Under the pieces are notes generated by a model, which ran no database searches, had not been told where the DNA came from, and worked only from the letters and a program-made list of their open reading frames with translations. This document shows positions 1-12,160 of a DNA stretch of 64,000 bases, one piece after another. Numbering within the stretch: position 1 is the stretch's first letter; the number at the start of each line of letters is the position of its first letter. This stretch comes from Anthoceros angustus (taxonomy: Eukaryota; Plantae; Anthocerotophyta). The DNA lies in assembly GCA_010909165.1 (NCBI GenBank), contig MU008162.1, forward strand, positions 1,674,001 to 1,738,000. Direction: 5' to 3'. The position numbers were made by a program, and so were the translations under genes.

Positions 1-7
1 CATGCAG

Positions 8-1336
8 AATCGATCACTACCTCGGTAAAGAACTTGTGGAAAACCTCTCAGTTCTGCGGTTCTCCAACCTAGTGTTTGAGCCCCTGTGGTCGAGACAGTA
101 CATCCGGAATGTTCAGCTTATATTCTCTGAAGATTTCGGGACAGAGGGACGTGGAGGGTTAGTACTTGTTCGTATTTCCTTGCTGTTGGGTGTGGGCGGT
201 GTTGACTTTGGAAGGCTATCTCGGTCTGATGCTGATAGACGTGTTGCAATGCAGCTACTTCGACAACTATGGCATTATCCGGGACATCATGCAAAATCAT
301 CTTCTACAGATCCTGGCGCTGTTTGCTATGGAACCCCCAGTTAGTCTAGATGCTGAGGATATCAGAAATGAAAAGGTACCTACCTGCGTGAATCACAAGT
401 TGTTGCTCTTGTCATATTGGGAAAGGAGGTCACGCAGGGCTCTTTGTCTTGTCAGTCGACTGATGGGTTTGACTGTGCTGCAGGTGAAAGTGCTCAGGTC
501 AATGAGACCTCTTCACATTGAAGATATAGTGGTTGGCCAATATAAGAGCCATGTGAGAGGAGGTGAAATATCCAAGTTACGTAGATGACAAGACAGTACC
601 CAAAAATAGTTTAACGCCTACGTTTGCTGCAGCGGCCTTGTTCATAGACAATGCCAGATGGGACGGAGTTCCTTTCCTTATGAAGGCTGGAAAAGCCCTT
701 CACAACAAAAGGTAAACCTCCATAAAGCATTTTTGTACCTTGAAGCATTTTGTTGTTGCTGAACAGGGTGTTCTCCTATGACAGGGCGGAAATCAGGGTT
801 CAATTTAGACATGTGCCGGGAAACCTGTACAAAAGAAGTTTCGGTACCGACCTAGACCAGGCAACCAACGAGCTCGTTATCAGAGTACAGCCTGATGAAG
901 CCATCTACCTGAAAATTAACAACAAGGTTCCTGGACTGGGAATGAGACTAGACCGGAGCAACCTCAACCTTCACTACGCAGACAGGTAGCCGCCGAACCG
1001 GAAACTAAGCAACAACCCACCCTCTTGGTGCCTGCAGCCTTGTCTGACCCAAAACTGTGTGGCTTGTCTCAGATACTCCCGAGAGATCCCCGATGCCTAC
1101 GAGCGTTTGTTACTAGATGCTATCGAGGGCGAGCGGCGGCTATTCATTAGAAGTGATGAGCTGGATGCAGCCTGGGCCCTCTTCACCCCACTCCTCAAGG
1201 AGCTGGAATCCAAGCGGGTAGCCCCGAACTGTACCCATACGGCAGCAGGGGCCCCATCGGAGCCCACTATCTTGCTGCCAAGTACAACGTGAGATGGGGT
1301 GACGTGAGCTCGGAGATAGCCCAACAAGTACCTTGA
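8..1336 (+). CDS. G6PD: Plastidic glucose-6-phosphate dehydrogenase (P2/G6PD2-3 type), 3' exons only, copy A (frameshifted; gene starts before window)
   Basis: Spliced exons give [21 protein letters not shown]...[22 protein letters not shown].../[14 protein letters not shown]/.../[31 protein letters not shown]; GT-AG introns; stop TGA 1334-1336. A few 1-2 bp indels break the frame. Confidence 0.9.
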
Positions 1337-1368
1337 TCCACTCTGTAACGACGGCTTGCTTCAGCCTG

Positions 1369-2370
1369 CCATTCCAATCTATTGCTTAATAGGCGGACCA
1401 TTGATGGATATACTCATCAATACATCAAGGATCAAAATATTAAGATTAGTTCTCATGTTATTCATCACAAAGTTTTGTTTAGAAAATCTCTGCTCACATA
1501 TAGGGTTGACCAAGGTATGACCAAACATAATACAAGGTATGACCAAACATAATTTTCAAAGACGTAACATAGAGGGTGTATGATCTCAAGTTGAGTTGCT
1601 AACATTTGTGTCCATCTTGAATCTTCAAGACAAGAAGACTTCAAGATGGACACAAATTATACTCAACAACTCATCAACTACAAAGGGTCGACAACATTAG
1701 TATTTGCATCCAAAGAGTTAGTTCCAAACTTTTTTCAACAATACCTCTAACAAACTATTAACTAATCAGATACGCTCATCCGCATCTTCGTGGATAAAAT
1801 TTAGGATGAATAGGCGACAAGCATGCAACACACAAAGATAAGGAAACTTATTATTCACTACATCAACAACAGTTAAAGCATATTTGTTAGCACTAGCAGT
1901 GCAAGAACTTAGTTCACTTTCAGAGTAGTCAGATATTACAAAACTCTCATACACTCCATGACTTTTTTTCAAGTTTTCAATGAAAGAGAAAAGCTTTCTA
2001 CTTCACATACTCACCGTATCAACTTTATACATACTTTTGACCTATTCAACAACAGAATCTATGAGGGGAGCTATGCTAACTGGCTCCAGATAATCACGTT
2101 GAAAGTTAGTATTCAAGGAATTAAGGACTTCTAAAATATCTGATAAAAAGTGAAATGAAAACAAGGCCTTAGTTAGTAAAGCTTGGAAGACAGCCTTCCG
2201 CAAAGAAGAAGAACTACTTGGACCCTTATTGGCTTTTGGCCAATTTAGGCTCTCATCCTCTTGAGCAAATTTAAGTAAAGTCGGTAATAGACAAACTATT
2301 CTACTCATGGCTTGACCTCTAGACAACCAACGGACATCATGAATTCTCGATACGCTTAAGACTTGCATTT
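1369..2370 (-). mobile_element. Partial duplicate of the hAT transposase interior (matches 4563-5544), no TIR
   Basis: Near-identical to 4563-5544 apart from small indels and one fold-back; ORF 2042-2368 carries the hAT-type RWLSR motif. Confidence 0.85.
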
Positions 2371-2469
2371 GGTGCTATCATGACAAGAGATACCAGACTG
2401 TCTAGTCGCTTGCGGATGTCTGTTTGGCTGGAAAGAGTTATTGGTAAGTGGTTGTGGATGGCTTTGTAG

Positions 2470-4121
2470 GAAGGCAGACTGGCCAACCGACTGTTTTATC
2501 TCTCTATTCCCCAAACATTTTTATTGACGTGGCACGGAGTGCAAGTCGTTCTGCCTCTTCTTCAAGAGGCTGGACTGAGTGATTGTGGAAAAGCCATTTG
2601 GGCGGGACTCTGAATCGTCAGCAGAGCTAACGAGGGCCTTAAGCAATACCTGAAAGAGGATCAGATCTACAGGTGGGTGCTTTGTCGTCTTCCAAGGTTA
2701 TGAAGCCTTAATATGCTACATCACAGTAGCATGGACACGGTTCAACCATTTTGAGACTGTGTTAGAAGGAGGTTTTCTAATGCTGTGTATTTCCATGCAG
2801 AATCGATCACTACCTCGGTAAAGAACTTGTGGAAAACCTCTCAGTTCTGCGGTTCTCCAACCTAGTGTTTGAGCCCCTGTGGTCGAGACAGTACATCCGG
2901 AATGTTCAGCTTATATTCTCTGAAGATTCGGGACAGAGGGACGTGGAGGGTTAGTACTTGTTCGTATTTCCTTGCTGTTGGGGCGGTGTTGACTTTGGAA
3001 GGCTATCTCGGTCTGATGCTGATAGACGTGTTGCAATGCAGCTACGACAACTATGGCATTATCCGGGACATCATGCAAAATCATCTTCTACAGATCCTGG
3101 CGCTGTTTGCTATGGAACCCCAGTTAGTCTAGATGCTGAGGATATCAGAAATGAAAAGGTACCTACCTGCGTGAATCACAAGTTGTTGCTCTTGTCATAT
3201 TGGGAAAGGAGGTCACGCAGGGCTCTTTGTCTTGTCAGTCGACTGATGGGTTTGACTGTGCTGCAGGTGAAAGTGCTCAGGTCAATGAGACCTCTTCACA
3301 TTGAAGATATAGTGGTTGGCCAATATAAGAGCCATGTGAGAGGAGGAGTGAAATATCCAAGTTACGTAGATGACAAGACAGTACCCAAAAATAGTTTAAC
3401 GCCTACGTTTGCTGCAGCGGCCTTGTTCATAGACAATGCCAGATGGGACGGAGTTCCTTTCCTTATGAAGGCTGGAAAAGCCCTTCACAACAAAGGTAAA
3501 CCTCCATAAAGCATTTTTGTACCTTGAAGCATTTTGTTGTTGCTGAACAGGGTGTTCTCCTATGACAGGGCGGAAATCAGGGTTCAATTTAGACATGTGC
3601 CGGGAAACCTGTACAAAAGAAGTTTCGGTACCGACCTAGACCAGGCAACCAACGAGCTCGTTATCAGAGTACAGCCTGATGAAGCCATCTACCTGAAAAT
3701 TAACAACAAGGTTCCTGGACTGGGAATGAGACTAGACCGGAGCAACCTCAACCTTCACTACGCAGACAGGTAGCCGCCGAACCGGAAACTAAGCAACAAC
3801 CCACCCTCTTGGTGCCTGCAGCCTTGTCTGACCCAAAACTGTGTGGCTTGTCTCAGATACTCCCGAGAGATCCCCGATGCCTACGAGCGTTTGTTACTAG
3901 ATGCTATCGAGGGCGAGCGGCGGCTATTCATTAGAAGTGATGAGCTGGATGCAGCCTGGGCCCTCTTCACCCCACTCCTCAAGGAGCTGGAATCCAAGCG
4001 GGTAGCCCCCGAACTGTACCCATACGGCAGCAGGGGCCCCATCGGAGCCCACTATCTTGCTGCCAAGTACAACGTGAGATGGGGTGACGTGAGCTCGGAG
4101 ATAGCCCAACAAGTACCTTGA
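2470..4121 (+). CDS. G6PD: Plastidic G6PDH, copy B (central and 3' exons; frameshifted)
   Basis: Adds upstream exon [14 protein letters not shown](P)NIFID...GW(T)[33 protein letters not shown]; remaining exons as in copy A; C-terminus ...[25 protein letters not shown]. Confidence 0.9.
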
Positions 4122-4314
4122 TCCACTCTGTAACGACGGCTTGCTTCAGCCTGCCATTCCTTAAGCTGGGATCTTGGCTGCCAAAGTGAAGTGTCTGCCA
4201 CCGCATATTCGATCATATTCACATTACATACCGAGTGGGAAGTATGTATTCTACGTAGGTGAGCCCGAAACCTACTGCTTGTCCAGCCCGGCTGTGGTAG
4301 TCTTTTGTTCCGAC

Positions 4315-6588
4315 CAGGGTGTCATTTTGACTGAGTATTATCTCAGTCCCCGGGGGTGTCATTTTGACTGAGTATTATCTCAGTCCCCGGGACCGCCTAG
4401 CCTGGCTACGCTCGGTCCCGGACCGAGCAGGGACCGTGCCTTTTTGCGACCCTTGGTTACTAAATATAATAAATATTAAATAAATAGTTTATAAATAATA
4501 TAAAATACAAATGTCTAGTATATTCTATCGTCGGGGGCTGGTCTTGCCAAGCTTTAAAAATACCATTCCAATCTATTGCTTAATAGGCGGACCATTGATG
4601 GATATACTCATCAATACATCAAGGATCAAAATATTAAGATTAGTTCTCATGTTATTCATCACAAAGTTTTGTTTAGAAAATCTCTGCTCACATATAGGGT
4701 TGACCAAGGTATGACCAAACATAATACAAGGTATGACCAAACATAATTTTCAAAGACGTAACATAGAGGGTGTATGATCTCAAGTTGAGTTGCTAACATT
4801 TGTGTCCATCTTGAAGTCTTCTTGTGCTGGATTGAGTATGTTAGCAGGTTACAAATTATACTCAACAACTCGGGATCAACTACAAAAGGGTCGACAATAT
4901 TAGTATTTGCATCCAAAGAGTTAGTTCCCAACTTTTTCAACAATACCTCTAACAAACTATTAACTAATGTCGCTCATGCATCTTGAGGATAAAATTTAGG
5001 ATGAATAGGCATGCAACACACAAAGATAAGGAAACTTATTATTCACTACATCAACAAGTTAAAGCATATTTGTTAGCACTAGCAAGAACTTAGTTCACTT
5101 TCAGTAGTCAGATATTACAAAACTCTCATACACTCCATGACTTTTTTTCAAGTTTTCAATGAAAGAGAAAAGCTTTCTACTTCACATACTCACCGTATCA
5201 ACTTTATACATACTTTTGACCTATTCAACAACAATCTATGAGGGAGCTATGCTAATCGGCTCCGATAATCACGTTGAAAGTTAGTATTCAAGGAATTAAG
5301 GACTTCTAAAATATCTGATAAAAAGTGAAATGAAAACAAGGCCTTAATAGTTAAAGCTTGGAAGGCAGTCTTCCTTGCAAAGAAGAAGAACTACTTAGAC
5401 CCTTATTGGCTTTTGGCCAATTTAGGCTCGATCCTCTTGAGCAAATTTAAGTAAAGGGTAATAGACAAACTATTCTACTCATGGCTTGACCTCTAGACAA
5501 CCAACGGACATCATGAATTCACGATCTGATTAAGACTTGCATTTCTAATTGCACTTGCAATTCACGAAAACCATAGTCTTCTTTCTTGAATGATGAAAAG
5601 CAATGATAAAGCACTTGCAATTTCTGACAATCATGTCCGCCATCTCAAAGTCGGGGGAATGCGCGGTACAAGCACAATGAGTTTGAGCAAAATCAATTCA
5701 CATTCGAAACTTCACAACATTGTGATCTCCTTGGCCTTCCCCCATGGTGATGCTCCATCGCTTGCAAATCCACTCATTTTTTTGATGTCCAGATCAAAGA
5801 ATTGCAATTGCTCAACGAAGGCGTTGAAGATCCCTTCCGCACGTGCACGTGTTATGTTGGCTAGCTTCAAAAACTCCGTTCGTACATTATGCAAATAATA
5901 CACTCAAATAATTATGTGTTGCACCATCGCCTTGAGAAGGCGATGTTGGGATAGTCATAGATGAGGGGATAGACAATGTTTGTCCCCTCATCTATGACTA
6001 TCCCATACCATGGACTTGCACGCAACCTCTCCTTCTGTTGTTCGCGTAAAAAATTAGCTGTGAGAACCACATGCTCCTTGCAAGCACTATCTGTAAGATA
6101 TGAACCATATGTCTTCACCTCTAGAATGCCTTCCACTCCAATATTCCCCATGAACTCACAAAGGTCCTCGTACATAAGGAAACTCAAATCCTTCTTAGCA
6201 ATGAAATAAGCGAACTTCAACAAGTTGAGAATCTCCTTATCCTTTTTGGAAAAATGCATTTCCAAAATCTCATAGAATAAAGGCTGTATTAATAGGCCAT
6301 GGATGGTATTAGATAAATAAAGACATAGCCCATAGATCCATGGTAAGTGTCTTTATGACCATACCAATTATAAGATGGGTCCATGTGTCCATAATAAATA
6401 TAAATCCTTGGTTATAAAATTAAGTAATTTACTAATTTTAAACCGGACCTTTTATGAACCCTCGGTCACCGAAAAAAATAGGGGACCGAGGGTGGGGACC
6501 AGACTCCTGAAGAACCTCCGGTCCCAGTTTTTTTTAACACATGCCGGGACCGGGACCGAGCTTGGGATGGGGTCAAAATGATACCATG
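4315..6588 (-). mobile_element. hAT-superfamily DNA transposon (2274 bp), both ends intact
   Basis: TIRs CAGGGTGTCATTTTGAC (4315-4331) and GTCAAAATGATACCATG (6572-6588; reverse complement matches 15/17); perfect 8-bp TSD GTTCCGAC at 4307-4314 and 6589-6596; GGGACC/GGTCCC-rich subterminal motifs at both ends. Confidence 0.95.
4620..6265 (-). pseudogene. hAT (ZNF862-like) transposase, frameshifted in this sequence
   Basis: Fragments LKFAYFIAKKDLSF...PWYGIVIDEGTN (first catalytic D region), GFASDGAS (second D) and RWLSR; 3' boundary approximate. Confidence 0.8.
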
Positions 6589-6842
6589 GTTCCGACCCTT
6601 CGAAAACTTAAGAACGGAAGCTTCCCTGCGCCAACTTGTAGACCTTGCCCATGTTAGCTTCTTCCACAGATGCTGGTTGCAAGTTCACGTGAGCGGTGTA
6701 GCAAATGAGTTAGCACAAATGGTGGCGTTGTGGTAGAGGTCGAAGCCTAGCGTACTAGAGTACTTAATGTTGAGGCGGTATTTTCTCAAGAGAAAAATAT
6801 GAGTCTCTTTTGGCTAAGCACTAATCTTTGGCATGGGACTTA

Positions 6843-6966
6843 GAGGACGAGGAGGTGAGGAGGGCTAGGAGGACGAGGGGGGTGAGGAGGGCCAGGAGGA
6901 CGAGGGGGGTGAGGAGGGCCAAGAGGACGAGGGGGATGAGGAGGGCCAGGAGGACGAGGGGATGAG
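6843..6966. repeat. 27-bp purine-rich minisatellite, about 4.6 copies
   Basis: Unit GAGGACGAGGGGGGTGAGGAGGGCCAG with minor variants. Confidence 0.9.
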
Positions 6967-6978
6967 TTCAATTCCGTA

Positions 6979-7916
6979 ATGGATTATCTTATAGATAAGA
7001 AATTTAATAATCAAGAAGTTATCATTAGAAAATTGCAACAAGATCTTGAATCGGCATGCTCATGGGCTAAAGATTTTGAGGCATCTTTCCTGGTCAAGTT
7101 TAATTCATTGCTTTTGCAAGTCAATGCCTTGCAAATTCCTGTTCCTTATGTGGGTTGCTTGTCGAAGGCAAATCTGGCATCTAGTTTGGAAGGCTACAAG
7201 AAGATTATTCTCAAGCTTATTCATGTACAGCGGGAAGAAATGCACAGTTATATGGCCAAAAAGTTGCAGTATTTGGATGATCAGGTTGGACGACTCTCGG
7301 AACGGTTGGTGGAGCAAGGATTACAAAATGAAGTTTTTTCACGGACCATAGAAGAGAAAGCCATAAATTTGGAAAATCATTTCACTTCAACGAAACAAGT
7401 TTTTACCTACATATTTGGAGAAGCTTACTGGTAAAAACCTCCTGGGGATTAATGATCACTCTGCTCCTTCTTGTCCTGGTGGCAACACAGTATCGGAAGT
7501 TATTTCCGAGACGGCGGACCGTGCTCGTCGTGCTTTGAACTTGAGAATTTCTGGTCTTGGTAATAATATTGTTTGCACCACTTATGGCTGCAAAGGAGTT
7601 TCTCAATAGGCTAGAGGTCGATATGGTCGTTTCTTGAGCCTTCTAGCTTGGAAAGGATCCTAGTAGGGAGCGCATATCGATTATGACTTTTCATTCTATG
7701 GATGAGTGCCTCCAAGTTATGAAGGCTAGGTCTATATTACGGACAACTCAGTTATATATCAATGAGGATCTCACACCATTGCAATGTAAGACTAAGAAGG
7801 AGAAGTTACCTGTTGTCAGACCAGCTCGTGCTGCAGGTCAAGTGGCTTTCTTTAGTAGGGATGAATTGGTAGTGTTTGGCTCTCGTTCACGCAATTTTAT
7901 TGACACTGTTGATTGA
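6979..7916 (+). mobile_element. Degenerate non-LTR (LINE) ORF1-like remnant (coiled coil plus RRM/CTD-like region)
   Basis: Leu/Gln-rich coiled-coil ORF followed by RRALNLRISGL and YINEDLTPLQ...AFFSRDELVV, the motif pattern of LINE ORF1 proteins; stops and frameshifts; no ORF2 seen. Confidence 0.5.
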
Positions 7917-8119
7917 TTGAAGATTATTTGTCTTGTTTACATTAGTCCATACCAGTTTACCGTAATCTATGCAGTTATCATATTTCGGTCCCATGATGAA
8001 AATTCGTCCTTCGTAGACTTAAATAAAATTCTTTCTTCGTCTTCTAGCTAGCAGGCAGCGGCGGTTCGAAACCTACAATTGACTGCTGCTGCGGCGAACA
8101 CGATCGTCGATGTTGAGCC

Positions 8120-8221
8120 TCCGCGTGTTTGCGTCTGTCCAGGTGAATCCCCTCCCCTGCGTACGAGGCCTCGAGGGATTAGCTTATGAAATAGAACAAA
8201 AGACATGCTGCGCACCACGTC
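8120..8221 (+). promoter_or_regulatory. ABRE plus CE3-like motif pair upstream of desiccation-related gene 1
   Basis: TCCGCGTGT (8120-8128) and ACATGCTGCGCACCACGTC (8203-8221; ACGTGG core on minus strand); both recur upstream of gene 2. Confidence 0.55.
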
Positions 8222-8569
8222 AAAAGGTAACGGGTGGAAACGGCGTGGGCCATTCACATTCGCGCCGCGTGCAAACCGCTGCGCTCGCGCTCGCACGCTA
8301 CAAATTGCGACCTCCGCAGTCTCCTTCTCACCGTTCCATCTCTTCCGCCTGCCTTACAAGCGCTGGACGGGAGATCGATCACGTTCCTGGTGAGCGTCCT
8401 GAGAGCTACCTCAACGTTCTGCAATGCATTGCATTTGGAGCGATTGGAATCGAGATCATTTGGCGTTGCTTCCACACTTTGAAGTTTCTACATGTGTATT
8501 GAAGCAAGCACGCAATGCACGCATTTGCGAAATGTGCAGGTTTGCGGAGGTGACTGCAGGCGGACAACC

Positions 8570-9728
8570 ATGGCCAAGCGGGAGAGCTACGTATCATGGA
8601 TGCTGCTCTTGGCAGTCCTGTGCCTGTCAGGACTCGTCAGCTGCAATGACCACAAGTACCGCGCCGAAAACCTTGAGAACGATGCGTACAACCTCCAGGT
8701 GGCCTTGAATTTGGAGTTCCTGGAGGCCGAGTTCTTTCTCTTCTCCGTCTACGGCTACGGCCTGGACAAAGTTGCACCGGAGCTCGTTCTCGGAGGACCT
8801 GCACCTAATGGCGCGCAGAAGGCTAAGCTTGACGATCTTACCTACGACCTCACATTGCAGTTCGGTTTGCAGGAAGTCGGCCATCTTAGGTAAAGTTCAC
8901 AGTCTCTGTTGACACTCCTACCGTTCCAGGTTTGCGCTCTGTCACTTGCACGTTTTTCCGTCAGTCGATCATCCGTCCTTAACCTTTCCCGGGCATTCGA
9001 TTCTCAGGGAAATCAAGGCCACTCTCGGCGAGAAGTACTACTTCAGCAGGCCACAGCTGGATATCGGCAAACACGTCTTCGCAGAAACCATCGACAATGC
9101 TCTCGGCGAGAAGTTGAACCCGCCGTTTGACGTGTACGCCAATCCGATCAACTACTTTCTTGGAGTCTACGTCATTCCGTATGTCGGCCTTACAGGATAC
9201 GTGGGAGCAGCTCCAAACCTTCTCACAGCACTTTACAAGAGCGTAAGCCATCTCCGATCTTTCTTTACCCCTCCTTCCCAGTGCGGCAATGCGGGAAATC
9301 TGTATTTAACCTAGGGCCATGTCGTCCTCTTTTCTGCGCAGCGCGTTGCCGGCTTGCTCGGAGTGGAGGCAGGCCAGGACGCCGTGACACGGCAGTGGCT
9401 ATACGAACGCAAGGACCAAAAGGTGGAGCCGTACGACTACACTGTAGCCTATTTCACCAACAAGATCTCTGATCTGCGAAACAAGCTCTCCAACGCCGGC
9501 GTTCTGGACGAAGGCTTGGTAGTTCCTCCGGAATTGGGAGCCGAGCAGAAGGTGAAAGGCAACGTTCTCGCCGGCGACAAGAACTCCCTTGCCTATGCCC
9601 GCACACCTGAGCAAGTTTTCAGCACTGTGTATGGCACTGGCGATGCTAGTAAGCCTGGTGGCTTCTACCCTGATGGAGCCAAAGGGAAGGAAGCTGAGTC
9701 CTTCCTAAAGAAGACGTCTTCTTCCTGA
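8570..9728 (+). CDS. Desiccation-related protein PCC13-62-like (ferritin-like domain), copy 1; exons 8570-8889, 9008-9242, 9342-9728
   Basis: Signal peptide; LQVALNLEFLEAEFFL, GLQEVGHLR, YVIPYVGLTGYVGA, AGLLGVEAGQDAV, STVYGTG..PGGFYP motifs; GT-AG introns give an intact ORF. Confidence 0.93.
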
Positions 9729-9967
9729 ATTATGTGAATTGTGCTGGACAATGTCCCCTTATGTATATGTACATATCAGTTGTAACGCACATGGTAGGTG
9801 GATCGTACATGTGCATACCCCAACTTTGTATATTTCGCAACTGTGTAATCTGTACAGTTTACTGTTGTGAGGGAGCTTTGTGGGGCCCTGCACATTTTAT
9901 GTCTATTTCACAAATAAGCTGCTTTCTTGTGACAGTTTCACGCCTGAAGTCGTCTCCAGTTAGAGTG

Positions 9968-10015
9968 TCCGCGTGTCTTCCTTTGTTCCCATGCGCACAT
10001 GCTACGCACCACGTC
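9968..10015 (+). promoter_or_regulatory. ABRE plus CE3-like motif pair upstream of desiccation-related gene 2
   Basis: TCCGCGTGT (9968-9976) and ACATGCTACGCACCACGTC (9997-10015), 18/19 identical to the gene 1 motif. Confidence 0.55.
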
Positions 10016-10262
10016 GCAAAATATGGACGTCGGTGAGGACATAGAAAAGAAGCACATTGCCTCAAAGTGTCATACCATTCAAGAGTATACCTTCTGCACC
10101 TGTGCCCTGAAGAAGAGCTGTGGTGTGATATGTGCTTTTGCTTTTGAATCAGACGGCTTGCTGTAGAAATGAAACTACGAGAGGCGTGTTTCCGAGCTGG
10201 CCTGCAACTTTGCAACTCTGCAAGCTCACCTTTTTGAGTTAATAATGTTTGTGCAGGTCAGG

Positions 10263-11506
10263 ATGGGCAGGGCGATGAGCGGCTGCAATTGGATGCTTCT
10301 CCTCGCAATCTTGTTCTTGTCAGCAGTGAGATGTGAATCATGGCCGGGTGACTGGAACAATGGTCACGGAAGGAAGGAAGGCAGGAAAGAGGACATCAGA
10401 AATGATGCATACAATCTCCAAGTTGCATTGAATTTGGAGTTTTTGGAGGCCGAATTTTTTCTGGCGTCTGTCTATGGCTATGGTTTGGACAAGGTAGCAC
10501 CCGAGCTCGCGCAAGGAGGGCCGCCACCAAGAGGTGCACAGAAGGCTGAGCTGGATGATCTCACCCGGGACCTCACTGAGCAATTCGGCCTGCAAGAAGT
10601 TGGTCATCTTAGGTCAGTCGCTAATGTTGTGTGTCGAATCATTGAGGTTGCATTTCTACGCGCTGGAATATGAGAAGTTATAATAACCTGACCTGTTGGA
10701 ATTGTGATTCGTGCTCGTACTAATGGCAGGGAAATCCGGGAGACTCTCGGCGATTACTACTTTAGCAGACCACAACTGAACATTGGCAAAGATGTTTTCG
10801 CTGACATCGTTGATAATGCACTTGGAGAGAAGCTCAACCCCCGATTCGATGTCTACGCCAACCCTATCAACTTCTTTCTTGGAGTGTATGTTATCCCCTA
10901 CGTTGGCCTCACAGGCTATGTTGGAGCTGCGCCGAATCTTCGCACGCCAGGTTTTAGAAGGGTAAGTAAATTCATCCCTCTATGCCAGTTCCTAGTACCT
11001 ACTACTTTGATTCCTTCCAAGGACTCGTATGCGTTTAAAGGGCTCCAATGAATCATGACTGCGTGTCGGTCTCCATGTGCATACAGATTGTTGCTGGTTT
11101 GCTAGGAGTTGAAGCTGGTCAAGATGCTGTGACACGGCAATATCTGTATGAACGCAAGGATGATAAAGTGGAACCTTACAACTATAATGTGGCGCATTTC
11201 ACAAATAAGATCTCAGATCTTCGAAACAAGCTGTCCAGAGCCCTTGTGGACGAAGGTTTAACACTTCCCAGAAAACTTGGAGCAGAAGGAAAGATGACGG
11301 GCAATATTCTTGCAGGAGACAAAAACTCTATTGCTTATGCTCGCACTCCTAAGCAAATCTTCAGCACTGTTTATAGCACTGGCGATCCTAGAAAGCCCGG
11401 TGGATTCTACCCTGAAGGAGCTAATGGGAAGCTGGCTGAATCTTACTTGAAGTCGGAGAAGTCCTTCTTCAGCAGCCTTCCTTCGCCTCTTCTCACCTCT
11501 GTTTAG
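10263..11506 (+). CDS. Desiccation-related protein PCC13-62-like, copy 2; exons 10263-10612, 10730-10961, 11087-11506
   Basis: Same motifs and intron positions as copy 1; signal peptide; intact ORF; start may instead be 10275. Confidence 0.93.
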
Positions 11507-12160
11507 AGATGTTTTTAGGTTGAGAATAAGAATTTACATGTATATATTTATGTGAACTACTTTGTGAAGGCGATCTTCAATGTCGAATCTCGTTTTGTTC
11601 CTGAAGAATCTTATCTTGCACTGATTTGTGTCTCGCTTTGTGTACTCTGCACCGCCAATAGTGCTTCGAGTGCTTCGAGTACTTCGCGTACTTCCTGAGC
11701 ATATGCGCTGCTGTTCATTTCTGAGAATTGTCCTATGTCTCGTGTGTCTGTCCTGAACACAATTGCATGCTGAGGAGGTTTTTGTTGCGAAACTTTACTT
11801 CAGAAGAAAAACCAAATGCATGCTGAGGATGGAAGACTGCAGTGTAACAATCCATGCAGAACAGATAGTCAGTCCCGGATGCATGATTTCGGAGAGCCAA
11901 ACGATACTCATAAGCATTGCGTCATCTCCTTGTTTCACGCATCACCATCTCCCTTCAGTCGACTTCACGCTCCATCTGACCTGCGGCTTTTGCGGTAAGG
12001 TGAGGCAGCTTGGAATTGGGCAATACAGGTGCTGTGAGGTTGCATTCAAGATCGGTCTGTTCATTTGTTAGCGTGCGTGCCCGATACCACACTATCCGGT
12101 GTGTCTGGAAACTTTCGATTTGCACAGGTTGCAAATTCATGGGTGATTGTGGGTCCTGGG

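Noticed and set aside
1-4121. Two genuine G6PDH paralogs or pseudogenes
   Set aside because: The lack of substitutions and the complementary indels favour one gene represented twice, pending read evidence.
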